The notes beneath the pieces are model-generated. The model ran no database searches, was not told the DNA's origin, and worked only from the letters and a program-made list of their open reading frames with translations. Shown one piece after another: positions 35,901 to 48,649 of a DNA stretch of 62,000 bases. The position numbers and the translations under genes are program-made. The stretch is from Vicugna vicugna (taxonomy: Eukaryota), in the NCBI GenBank assembly GCA_013265495.1, contig MU058463.1:3205037-3267036 (forward strand). The letters run 5' to 3'. Position 1 is the first letter of the stretch. Each line of letters opens with the position of its first letter.

Positions 35901-36299
35901 CTCTTCAGTTTCATTCAGCCTTGCCTTTTGGTGAGAGGAGAGCTTGAAAGGCATCTACTCACACACCGCGTGAAAAGATCCCATTCATTAAAGGGAAGGT
36001 TCTAGATAGAGGGATAAAGTGAACTATCGTTACTCGAAATTACGTCTTAGGGATATTTTATTAAATCCATTTTCTGTCTCAATTGCCATCTGCTTAAAAC
36101 TTTCTGTAGGATGTTTCACAAAACTGTGCTAATTTTTTTAAAACATCATGAATTAAAATGAATTACAACCTCTGAATTACAATTGTTGACCTGATAATCC
36201 TAATGACACTGCAAATCTGATGAAAACGTCTCTGGTTTAAGTGTTCTACTCTTTCAAAGATTTAAAATCTTCGACATCAAGCTTTTCACTCAGTTTAAA

Positions 36300-36423
36300 G
36301 AATTTCAGTTGGTTTGTGACCTGAGTCAAGTCTCTTACATTTTTGGGTCTCTGTTTTATGCTCTTTGTAATTAGAGGTTGCAAAACATGGTTTGAAAATC
36401 TCTGAAACACTCTGATTCTGTGA
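36300..36423 (+). mobile_element. MIR/MIR3 fragment
   Basis: tgtgacctgagtcaagtctcttacatttttgggtctctgttttatgctctttgtaattagagg ... ctctgattctgtga. Confidence 0.7.
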
Positions 36424-38194
36424 TATAAAATGCTGTTGTCCTCTGGGGATTTTCCTCTTCCCAGAAAATACTGTGCAGTTGTTGAGAGTTGAAGGACCTG
36501 CTTTTGCCAATGGGCCCCTTGGTTTTTTGAGTGACTACAGCACCTTAAGGTGCATAACTTCTGATAGAATTATTCTAACATCTTATTTAACAGTAGATCT
36601 AGTTCCTTAGACCCATTTCTTTAAACAATAAGCACTGTCAGAGGAAAAAAAATCCCCCTTTAAAGGAAATAGATGATTGTCTCCTTCCTGTAAAAACACC
36701 TTCAGAATGAAATCAGATCATTCTCCTCCTTATTTCTAACATATACAAGACAGTAATGATCATTAGTATATTTTGCTCCATTACAGTGTAAACAGAGGAA
36801 AGAACATCTTGTTGCATCAGAATAAGTACATTTACTTTACAGAACGTTTTATAGGATGAAAAATTAGTAAAGTTATACCCTTTTTTTTCCCTTTATAACT
36901 CCAGAATAAAAAATATATCAAGGGAGAAGCTTCCTTTTGGTGGCCTGTGTTTGTAAATTTGCCCATTAAAATTAGAAGGAAAAAATGAAGTGATCATTAT
37001 TGGGAGTTCTGAGTGCTTTAAAATTAAAAAGAAAACTATCTCGTCAGAGAACTTGAAGTCTTAGTAAAATGATGAAATCACATTACTTCTTTGGGCACAA
37101 CGCTCATCTCTTTACATTCTCATTTCTTTATATTTTTGTTTTTGTTCTCTCACTCTCTTTCTATTTCCTTCCTAATGTTTGGATTTAAAAGGAAGAGGTC
37201 GCGGCTGGTTTCTATCTGACTTGGTTTGCGTACATGGAGAAGGCCAGCGTTAGGCTTTTTCCACAGAGTAATTGAGACTCAGTCAATCAGACTCAGTTCA
37301 TTGATTTTTGGATTTGAGCTGCAATAGTGCCTGTGACTGTTAGCCACCCTGGTGAAGCTGACCAAGGCCTCTAATCCTCTTAAACAGCAGTCAAGGAATT
37401 GAGATAAAAGCTGGGAATTCAAATTGTTCAAATAACAGATTTGACAAATTAGGGGGGTTCAACCCTATGATGAAAAAAATTCAATCTTGGCTATTACATG
37501 CTATGGCTCAACAACACAGATAAGATGCAAATCAGGTCACTACAAAGAAATTGTTAGACCTACTAATAAGAGAAGTAATTTATTTTATAAATGTAATGAA
37601 AAAAAAGTCATAATATAAATGAAATGATAACAGAACAACCAGCCTCAGAATTCCAAAAGTTAAAAATTGCATATGCACACTGACAATTTCTATGTCCTCT
37701 TTGACAGGAAAAAAAGGAAACATGAAAAGTAAAAGTAAGGTTTAAAAACTATTTATTTTGTGTATTTTAAATCTTTGGCCTAATGACATTTTTAATTTAA
37801 TTCTGTTAATAAATGAAACATGATAACACAAGTAATTTTAGTGTCTACGTAATATTTATGCTGAGTTGATCATTCAAATATAGTAACAAACCCAGCCAGG
37901 CAACTTATTTGGTAGCTTCATCAAATTTACTAAAATTACTGTTCAATTCAGTCAAAAAAGTTGAGATTTCTGTTTGAATAGAAATAAATGAGGGATTTTT
38001 AATGAGAACTTTGTTCTTCCCATCATAGATGTATTCTGAAATAGTTTTTACATTTATCCTTAATTTGATCACAAGTAGTATAGGATGCCCTATATGTGTG
38101 TAGGATGAAAACAATCTTAAATTTTATTCTAACATTTTATATCCTTACTTATCTTAAGAAAGAGAAATAAAGCAATGTATCCATATATCCAGTT

Positions 38195-38397
38195 ATTTGA
38201 TTGCATGTGGGTAAGTCTGTATCTCCTAACCTTAATTATTTCAAGTACCTTTCATTTATCCTGTGTTTCTATTGTTTTTTTTTCCTTTCTATCTTTGTAT
38301 ACCCAACACTTAGAGCATTGCCCAGAACATCATAAGTTGCTTGATAATTGCTTTTCTTGCTGAATGAATGGATGAATGAATCAATTAATGAATGAAA
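38195..38397 (+). mobile_element. L2 3' end
   Basis: atctttgtatacccaacacttagagcattgcccagaacatcataagttgcttgataa ... tgctgaatgaatggatgaatgaat. Confidence 0.8.
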
Positions 38398-38609
38398 TAA
38401 AATTTTTTAATTTAGATGAATTTTAGGAAAGAAAATAGTTGTGTGAGGCACTTCAGAGTTCCTATTTGGCACTTTTAATGCCATTATATCCTTACTACAA
38501 GTGAGGCTCAACCTATGGTTCTATATATTTAAATATCAAACTATTCTCTAATGATGTGGAAATTAACAACTGGCCAAACCTGTCAGTCATCATTCTATGT
38601 GGAGCCACT

Positions 38610-38712
38610 ACTACTGTATGCTCCTTATGACCAGGGATTCAATCTAATTTGCCCACTTATTTCTAGCACCTTGCATGTGGTAAGAACACAGTAAATATTA
38701 ATTAAGTGAAAG
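38610..38712 (+). mobile_element. L2 3' end
   Basis: ctgtatgctccttatgaccagggat ... ttctagcaccttgcatgtggtaagaacacagtaaatatt. Confidence 0.65.
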
Positions 38713-40479
38713 GATGTGAAAATGAGTAAATGATTTTGTGATCAACCGAACACCCCAAATATTAGTTGTATCTATTACACAATTGCACTGAAAAGCTGTG
38801 GCTAATTGGTCCAAATCTGCTGCATGGGGAGCAGGGGCAGTTGAGGGCAGTCAATGCTTATTCAATTTAATTTTCCATACATTTATTGAACCGGTATTGA
38901 GCATGTGTCCATCCTACACAGAATTCTATAGTTGATCCTATAGGAAGATGCATGGATATGAGGATTTTACATATAATCAAGAGACCAAATGAATATAAAA
39001 ATGTGCTTAAGAATATATTAAAAGTCACCAGATGGACTGCAATGTGAGAAAGGTGAGAAACTATATATAACTAGATTTTCAGGTAGCTGTTTATTTATCT
39101 GAAGTGATTTGAGACACAAAGCTGGGCCCCAACATCCTATATTTATACTCTTCCTAATTAGTTATTTTATTTGACCATTATTCTTTTCTCACAGACCTAC
39201 CTTTTGGACTGAAATACCTTGAGGCGGGTAGCACAGCAAACCTCTAGGACTTGGGTGCCTCCTTTCCTTTGTTAGATTTATATCCTCCACTAAGGAGGCT
39301 TTGAGACTTGGCACACAGGAAACAAAAAAGTGTACTAGTAAGGGGAAAAAATAAATAAATTTGACAGAGGAGACAAAGGTTTGCCATGAGTAACTTACTT
39401 AATTTCCAGATGTTTGGCCCTAGGTGATAAGAGGATAATCTCATCATTAAGAGCATAGAGCACTCTGTGTCTAGTCCATAGCTTTCTCAGAGTTGGAATA
39501 TCCTTGCCCCAGGCCACTAAGGGGCTGTCACAAATGGAAAGAAGATTAATATATGTTTGATGCCTATTATTTATTCACTTACTTATCAAAGTTATGAAAA
39601 CTATCCAAACTTCTCTCTTTCCTGCTAAGGATAAAAATCACTAAAACCTCAAATAATGACACATTCTTTGTCTTTTTAATCTAAAATAGGGGAAGAAAAT
39701 TTGCTGAATGTGCTATTTTCACCACCTACTGAAGACAGTTCCAATAAACAGTCATCAACTATTCCCAAAGGGGGAAAAAGGCACCAATGTGCTGATCAAA
39801 TCAATGCAAATAAGGACAGTGCAGCTGATTATATCTCTGAGGGAAATATATGTTTGTACAATTTAATGAGAATAGAATAATTTGATAGCAATAGAATTCT
39901 ATCAGTGTAGCTCATTATTTGGCATCATAAACAAAATTGCCTGAATTATAAAATGACAAAGCCTGATGTAGAAACTTGCCCTAAATCATTTGAAAAAATT
40001 AATGTGTGGGAAGAAGAAAAAAATCATTGAGACGAACTGACGTAGGATGAAATTACCAAGGTCACTAAACAATGGCAGGGTTTTACTATTTGAGACAAAA
40101 AAGTAGGAAGTATTAGACTGTGTTTGGCTTTATGACCTAGACATTTTAGGTAGTCATAAAAATTGATGATATCTCAACCGTCAATCACCTTGCATCTTGT
40201 CTTTTATCACCGCAGTGAGAAGTCAGACTGTTTATTGAACACCTAATATATACCAGCTGTTCGCATTATCAGAAGAGTCATGCAAGGCTGCTTTCATCAT
40301 CCATGTTTTACAATATGCAAATAGCAAAGCCAGGGGTTCACAGAGGCACTGGCAGTATGAGCCCATTCTGTCCTCTGCTTCTTTGACATTACTTTTCTCC
40401 TTCAGTGGAAGACACCATCCATGAAAATAATGCTAAGTCCAAATATTAGTGTTAAATGTTAGTGTTAATAATTAGTGTA

Positions 40480-40783
40480 TAGGCATATCTCAGAAATATT
40501 GAGGGTTCAGTTCAGACTACCACAACAAAGCAAGTCACACAAATTTTTTGATTTCCCAGTGCCTATAAAAGTTATGTTTATACTATACTGTAGTCTATTA
40601 ACTATGCAATAGCATTGTGTCTAAAAAAACAAGGTATATACCTTAATTAAAAATACTTCATTGCTAAAAAATGCCAATCATCATCTGATAATGCAGGATT
40701 GTCACACATCTTCAATTTGTTAAAAAAAAAACCACATCTGCAAAGCTCAATAAAGCAAAGCACAACAAAATGAAATCTGCCTG
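40480..40783 (-). mobile_element. Tigger1 internal-deletion derivative (Tigger1a-like MITE) with both TIRs and a TA target duplication
   Basis: TA|taggcatatctcagaaatattgagggttcagttc ... tttcccagtgcctataaaagttatgttta ... caataaagcaaagcacaacaaaatgaaatctgcctg|TA. Confidence 0.92.
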
Positions 40784-41415
40784 TATTAATAAACAGTGTA
40801 AATATTAGTGTTAAATAGTAAAAACTGGTGTCCAAACATTTCTCTAATAGCCTAAGAGAAATGAGTCTTCCTAGAAGGGATAATAGCTCAAAGCAAAGTA
40901 ATTTCAGAACATACAAATAATTATTTCCTCAAGTCAAGTCTGTGTTCCCCATCCTAAGGCAGAATAGCTTCTTTTCATTCCCTAATTCCACTCATTACAA
41001 TGCCAGCACAGTGACTGATTGGTGTAGGCTGAGCACCTTACTAAGCTCGACCAATCATAGAACCTTCATCCTGCCCCAATGTGAAAAAAGCTGCTTGGTG
41101 GTGGGAGAACTCTGAAAGGAACAGAGGGTGGAGAGGCAGAGAAGGGATTGCTAGCTTCCCAGTCTCTGATTCCAGGCTTGCTGTTTCATGACTGCCTTCT
41201 GACAGTTTGAAAATAAGAACTAATACATTCCATGTTTTGCCTAATTTAATTTTCCTAATTAATTTTATCTGACGCTGTGACACTTGACAATCAAGGCATT
41301 CTTATGTACTGACTAATTGTTAAAACAGCTATTGTTTTAAAATGTACTTTTCTGGGTCTTCCATTCATTCTGCTCCATCAGAAAAATCTGATGAATAAAA
41401 GTCATGGAATTAGAC

Positions 41416-41602
41416 CAGCAGTGCTAATTAGCTTGCATCAGAGACAACTGGAGGGTTATTTTAAACACAGATAGCCAGGGCTCACCCTACAGAGTTTCTA
41501 ACTCATACACTCTAAGTGTATGGGGGGTGGGGCCTGAAAATTTGCAATTCTAGTAAATTCCCAGATATTCCTGGCCCACGCCCCACACTTTGAGAAACAC
41601 TG
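41416..41602. mobile_element. MER5A-like hAT-Charlie element
   Basis: gcatcagagacaactggaggg ... aaacacagatagccagggctcaccctacagagtttct ... ggcctgaaaatttgcaattcta ... cacactttgagaaacactg. Confidence 0.85.
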
Positions 41603-41692
41603 GATTCTCCTAAGGTCTATGTGACTTCAAAGCTCAAACCTGACACAACATCATGCTGCCTTCCCAAAATGCGATTCATGGAGCTCCATGTA

Positions 41693-41932
41693 CCAGTATT
41701 TAGCAGTGTTGTTGCATAAAAAAGAGAGGATTAAATTATGTTTAAAGAGATATTGTCAGTGTAGGACTCTTCAAAGTCTTTAATATACTAGTGTGCACAT
41801 CTTCAAGAAGTAAAATATAGTATGCAGTATTTCCCAAACTTAGCTGACTCTGGAAAATACTCCCCCTTTTTTTTTATTGAAGAGCAGATCCTAGAACTGG
41901 TGTTCTACAAGAGCTGTCTAGAAAACACCCTG
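41693..41932. mobile_element. hAT-Charlie element (Charlie4z-like)
   Basis: ctttaatatactagtgtgcac ... atatagtatgcagtatttcccaaacttagctgac ... tagaactggtgttct. Confidence 0.55.
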
Positions 41933-44900
41933 AAACGTACAGGTTTTAAGGAAGGCAAATTTTTTTTTAGGGACTAGTAAAGAGAGGGCTTCCGAAACAG
42001 AAGATGGATACAAATACTATCACTAACTGTTGCTGATCAAGGATTAAACTGACACACACGAAATGAGATTACTAACATTTGCTTAAAACTAAGTAAACTG
42101 AATTTCATAAATTACAAGTATGGGCTTACAAAAGTTTAAAATACAAAGTAGAACTTTTACTCTCCTGTTACAGCTCCTTCTTCCTTTTAAACCAATAGAC
42201 AATTTCAGATCCTTTCCAAATTTAATTGTACTTCTCTGCTGGTTATAGAAAAGGAAGGATCTGAACCGAATGGAAACTCGGTCATCAACAACACTCATGA
42301 CCTGGCGTGTGACACAGGCCCAGCAATGGCTGGTGTGGGGGCAGCAGCTGCCGCGCTTCATTAGCTCAGATATACTCCATGGTAAGTCAGACTTGACTTT
42401 AAGCCAAATGAAACCAACAGGTTATAAGAAAAATCTAAAATTTCCATTAAATCCAGTTTACCTCCCTGGACAAAACTGGGGATGAAACAGCTAGAATGGA
42501 TACCTAGTTTTAAAAGTCCTTAGGAAAAAGAATTGTTTTCAATTAAAACGTCTTTTAAAGAATTTAAAATAAACATTCTTGTACCTCAGGCATAAATTTT
42601 ATTGAGAAGTTAAGTTTATTTGGAAGTTGTGCTCCCTCATTTTGTATTGGTTCAAAAAGTAGAAAGCCCATCATACAGAATTTCTCCCTATTTCAATGAA
42701 TAGACATATTGAAACACTTCTTGCAGATAAAGTATAGGGTAAAGAAAGGGCCTAAGGAAGAGTAAGTCTCCAGTATGAGAAGCAAAATCTCATCATGTAA
42801 CAATTGGGTTGATCAAAAAACAGTATCATCAATCTTGAGAGAGGATCTGAGAATTTAAAATATGCCCTAGAGAGTACAGATGTCCTAGAGAATATTAGAG
42901 AGCACCACTGTTGGCATTTAGACTTAATTCCTTTTTCCTCTTGCATCAGAAGTAAGATGGCTGGTCTCACAGACAAGTCAAGGATTCTACTAAATTACCA
43001 GAAAGTTCCTATTACCAGCCATGAAGGTTTATATGTGTTGATTCATACTTTATAAGGTGCTCCAATGGCAAATCTCTTTTATATAAGAACCAAGCTGAAA
43101 ATTCACTATGTTTACCCAGAGGGTTTAGCAAGTAGAACTGTCTAAAAATCAAATGATATGCAAATTATAGGAGATATGAAAATTCAGCAGTTCAGCAGAG
43201 TTGATAAGAATTTCAAACTAGTTTTTAAATGTTAAAGATTCAATACGATGGAAATAAGGTGGTCCAAAGAGAAGTTTAATTCTTCACTGATGGTTTTACT
43301 TGTGAATCCTTTTCCAGAGCTGGTATCTTATCCACAAATTTATATATTTTAAAACAATAGCTAAGGGAAACTTACAGAAATTTAACACAACAGAAATTTA
43401 AACAAAATTATGACTTGTTTTCAGAGCAAAGTTAGCTTTTCAATATATTCTTTAGATGAAATTCTCCCAGAATGAAAAAAAAAGGGGGGGTTGGGGGGGA
43501 ATTAACTACCTTTTGGAGGCTTTAGGACAATATTTGAGTCAGAAAAATACCTAGACGAAAATACAACTACAGATTTGCTCTAAATCTAAATCTACACACT
43601 CCAGATTCAGTTTTCTTGCTTGTGAAAAGAAGTAATTGGACTAGAAGAATCTTAGAGGCCCTTATAGCCTCTATAGGAGTAATTATTCCATTTTTTCCCC
43701 ATCAAAAGAAGTTTAAATGAAGAGGAACTTTCACTTCAAAAAAGAGAGGTCATTTCAAGACTTGGAGTCTGCAGTCTTTAACAACACATTCTCAAGCTTG
43801 CTACATGAACACTGTACAAAATAGCTTTTTACCTGCTCCTCTATACTATTTATTCCCAGGCATCATTTCTGGAATTTCAACTCTTACAAAGCAGAAGATT
43901 AAGGGGGAGGGGGGTCAATCTCACTGTGAACTGAAACAAAAACTCGTGTGGATGACAATATATTTCATCTATCTGCTTTCAAATATATTTCATCTATCTG
44001 CACTCATTTCCTCCTGATAGTCCTGATATGTTTTCCATATCCACAGCTGTCAAATATGTAGTAGTCTTTCTAAAATAAAATAAGATCATCTTTGGAACTA
44101 TATAGATATAAAACATAGAAATATTTTAAATATATTTTTACATTTTGTATTTAAGAATATAATATGGAATATTAAAATTTTATATAATATAAAATATAAC
44201 AAAAGTAAAAGCCTTATTTATACAACGAAAGTATAAATAGGGAGCTGTAGTTTTTAAAAAATATACAATTTGAGAATTCAATGAAATATAGTATGATAAA
44301 TACCAGAATAATTATAGGACTAAATCAAATCCCTTGTTTCATCAGAAAGTATGGGGAATTACAGAGACAGGGACCAGTTTGTCACTGAACTGAACTGCTT
44401 TCAAGTGATGACTTCAGGTGGTGTTGAAATGGTAAGAGCCCATAAAGTCGTTAACACTAAATCTTATCAGAAACGACCGCCTAATTCAAGATGCCACATT
44501 TCCCACCTCCAGGATCTTCAAGGGAGGTGGGAGAAGGAGCAAACAAAACCAAGCAAATATTTCTCTATGGGACTTATGTAAGCATGTAGGTATATGCGTG
44601 GATAAGTGATGGCTCTCAGCAAGGGGACTACAAGTCTGAGCAGCAGTGGTGGAAAACCAAGCTCATATTTCCAAAACAAAGGCACGCTGGGCGGCAGCAG
44701 GAGGCCTGACAGAGAAGCAGCATCACTTTGAAAACTGGAGGCGTGTGTGCTATTATGGTTCCCCTCTGCAGAGAGATTGTTCTGGCGAGAGACTGTGGTG
44801 CGAAACACAAATCTTAGCAAAAGTCACACAATCAATTGGCGAGCACCTCTTCTCCCCTATATATGAACACCTGCAAGGAATGGACGTGCAGAACCAAGAA

Positions 44901-45059
44901 AGAGGACCCAGAATATTCTAAGTCTGGAGTCTAAGTCGGTTTCTTCCTTAAAGAACTGTATAACTTTATATGAATATTACACTTTGAAAATCATCTCCAT
45001 GCTCAGCTAGAAATAGAGTTGCCACTCATCTGACTTTTAACTGCATCTTTTTTAAATTC

Positions 45060-45255
45060 AGAGAATGGAACTATTAAAAGAAACTTTAAAGGAAATAGAT
45101 AGCAAAACCTCTTCTGGTTACAGGTGAGGATACTGGCATCAGAAAGGTAGAGGAGCTTTTATTTTCTTCCGATTCTAAGGCTACTTAGGTGCACAGCTAG
45201 GTCCAGAACCCTCTCTGGGCTCCTTTCTCTAATCCAGTGCTTTTTCTACATCACT
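45060..45255 (-). mobile_element. MIR fragment
   Basis: ttacaggtgaggatactggcatcagaaagg ... cacagctagg ... aatccagtgctttttctac. Confidence 0.65.
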
Positions 45256-47237
45256 TTACTAAGACATCTTATCATAGATATGCTTCATTAAAATTTTAAC
45301 ACTGTTTACTGTTAATATGATATGAGGTACTGTTTATTTTTGCAACTGATGTCTCTTTTAGGTTCTTATAATGTAAGTCACTACCATTTAAAATTTAAGG
45401 GACCTAAAGAGGAGATCTTAGCCTGATAAGCCTTGAGGACATACAGATTCCTTTAAAAAACTATTCACTGAAAGTGATGAAAAGTGGCTTAAACTTGGTC
45501 TGGGCAGAAGGCAGGTGGACAAAGAACTTTTGCAGCTCTGGATATAGACTTTAGATTGATTGTTCAATCAGGAACATGGTTACAACATTGTCCTCACAAA
45601 GGTCTATAAAATATTTATTTCGTGTTATGTTCTTTCTTCAAGTTACAATAAAAAGAGGTCTCTTACACAGTGCCCAGAGCCCACAGGTGACAATGGCTGA
45701 CGAAGAAGCAGGTCTCTGTGTAAAAATGAAACGGAGACTCAGAGCAGGCATTGCCAGGTTTGCATATGAAATCAGAGCAACACTGTAAGGAAATACGTAG
45801 CCCAAGGTTATGAGACATCAGTGATTCATTTATCAAGAAAAGGAGAAAAAAATAGAAAAATCTCATTGAATATTATTGGTCTCAAATTTTGCCAATAGAT
45901 TTATGACTTTATGTTAGTGAGGAGGGTAATAACAATGTCACTTATGATGCTATATGTGATATGTGTAAGGATGCCCGTAGTTAATAGAATTCATCAGGCA
46001 GTAGGTTTGGGTACCATTTAAAACATGGGTCAGAGGGGCATTAATTCTATTCAAAATGTCCATCTGTTGCTGCCCAACCTGCACAGAAGGTTGCATAGCA
46101 ACCCGTCAAACTGCATGGATCTGGTTGGCCTCCCTCTGTTGCTTTTGTTTGCCCTCTGAGAGAGTTGCCCTTGATGGAGAAACAGTAGGTGTTCTTTTAT
46201 TTATATATTTATTTATTTTTTTGGCTGGAGCTTGGCCTGGTGAGTGGGGGCTCATTATAGCCTGCTGAGCCAGATAGCATTGTGAGGCAATACCTGACAT
46301 ATGAATGTAATTTATCTTCCTGGCGTGATTCTTAGTCCCAAATTGATTCCCAAATTCCTAGAACTGTGGAAGTAGAGCAATTAAAAAGAAAATACCAGGA
46401 CCTTTTCCTTTTATGCCACAGAAAAACACTCAGCAGTGCAGGCAGAGAGAAGGTTCCAGAAGTTTGACTCCGTTTTGTGGTGCTTGGTCACAGTTTGACG
46501 ATTCCACTTTAGTGTATTTCTGAACTTACGGCCTTTTCAACTCTACCTATCACAAAATTTGTTAAATTAGAAGATTTCTCAGGAAATTAGACATTTTTGG
46601 AGGCCTCTCTGCAACATGTATCAATTCCAAATGCTTACATTTTTCTTGATAATAATCACTTTTTCTTTTAGCTATTCAGTAGAATTTGCAATGAATTTAA
46701 GCATCTGTACTCTTACATAAATAAGCATTTACCTGGCTTACTTTTTTCCCAGTATCAGCTGGAATCTGTGGGAAGAACAGAGTTCATATAAGCTCCTTAG
46801 GTATCATGAATATGACTGTGGGTCACTGATAAATAGCAGTCTAACAGATATTTTCAATTCAAAGCCACCAATAAACTGCTCTTGAAGAAAGCAAAGTTTT
46901 GACAAGCTGAAAACACAATATTTTGAGAGAAAGTATGACTTTGCCGTAATAAATAATCATGACACCAAAATACTTCATTTTAATTGGTTATAAGTTGACT
47001 TAATTGTTTATATTTTATTCATGGCACAATCTCGCAAATGCCTTCTCTTTAACTCTGAGGAATCTATATATTTCAATTTTAAGCAATTCTAACACCTACT
47101 TTTTTTCAATTAATCATCTTTAAGCTAACTTTTAATGAAGATCTAGTTATCAAGGGAGCCCTTGAGAACAATTCCTAATGTTTTTTGGGGAAGTAGGTAA
47201 TATGAATAATACTCTTTACCCTACCTATTATTAAAAC

Positions 47238-48320
47238 TAGAGAGCCCAGAAATGAACCCACACTTACATGGTCAATTAATCTATGACAAAGGAGGCAAAG
47301 ACAACCTCTACATTAGGGAAAACTGGACAGCTCCATACACAAGAATCAAGCCAGACTACTTTCTGACACTATATACAAAAATAAACACAAAATGGATTAA
47401 AGACTTAAACATAAGACTTGAAACCATAAAACTCCTAGAAGAAAACATAGGCAATATTTTCTCTGGTATTGGTCTTAGCAATATTTCAGGGGCTGTCTCT
47501 CCTCAGGCAAGGGAAGCAAAATAAACAAATAGGACTGCATCAAACTAGAAAACTTTTGCACAGGGAAGGAAACTATCAACAAAACAAAAAATTTGTCCAC
47601 TGAATGGGAGAGATATTTTCAAACTATATGTCTGATAAGGGGTTAATATCCAAAAATAAAACAAGAACGCATACAACTCAACATCAAAAAAGCAAACAAC
47701 CTATGTCCATTGCTGTATTATTCACAAAAGCCAAGATATGGAATCAGCATAAGTGTCCTTCAAAGGGCAAAAGGCTAAAGAAGATGTGGTGTGCATGTGT
47801 AATGGAATATTATTCAGTCATGAGAAAAAAGGAAATCCTGCCATTTGCAACAACACAGATGGACCTTCAGGGAGTTATTATTAAGTGAAATAACCCCCCA
47901 AAAGGCAAATACCATATGATCTCACATAAATGCAGAAGTTAAAAAAAAAAACAAATTAATAAAAACAGAACAGATGGGTGGTTGCCAGAGGTGGGGGGTA
48001 GGGGGAATGGATGAAAGTGTTCAAAAGGTACAAACTTCTGGGTATAAGATAAATAAGTACTAGGGATTATAATGTACAATGTAATTAACATAATTAACAC
48101 TGCTGTATGTTATCTATGAAAGTTGTTAAGAGAATAAATCCTGAGTTCTCATCACAAGGAAAATTTTTTTCTTTTATTTTGTATCTATATGGGATTATGA
48201 ATATTCACTAAAGTTACCATGGTAATCATTTCATTATGCATATAAGTCAAATCATTATGCTGTACAACTTAAACTTATGTAGTGCTGTATGTCAATTGTA
48301 TTTCAATTGAAAGAAAGAAA
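47238..48320 (+). mobile_element. L1 3' portion (ORF2 C-terminus plus 3'UTR), laurasiatherian L1MA9/10-derived, with internal deletions
   Basis: ORF peptides NPHLHGQLIYDKGG, YTKINTKWIKDLNIRLETIKLLEENIG and EYYSVMRKKEILPFATTQMDL are L1 ORF2. The 3'UTR includes aagtcaaatcattatgctgtac ... gtatgtcaattgtatttcaat. Confidence 0.96.
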
Positions 48321-48649
48321 CAGTAACTTAGGAAGTTCGAAAGGTTAAGTAAATGTTTTTTATCTAATGTTACATGTAGTAATAACTCCTGAAAAAATAT
48401 AAACCAAGTTGTAGCAACACTTGTCTCTGGGCTTCTTATTTTCAACCAAAGACACAAGGGGACTCTTCCAAAGATTTCTGGATATTTCTCTCTCCCTCTC
48501 TCTCTCTCTCTTCTCAGTCTGCTCTGCAAATTCTAGTTGCATGGACCTCCTCAAAAATCTACTCATTCCCTCATCTAAATAAGATACCAAGCCTTGTTTT
48601 CTGGTCTGGAAACTGGCTTTAGGTAGTGAGCTGGGCAGTGTAATTCTTG

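Noticed and set aside
43484..43499. G-rich run as a possible G-quadruplex
   Set aside because: Only two G tracts; it is a simple low-complexity run.
47252..47888. 90-aa and 94-aa ORFs
   Set aside because: They are fragments of L1 ORF2, not host genes.
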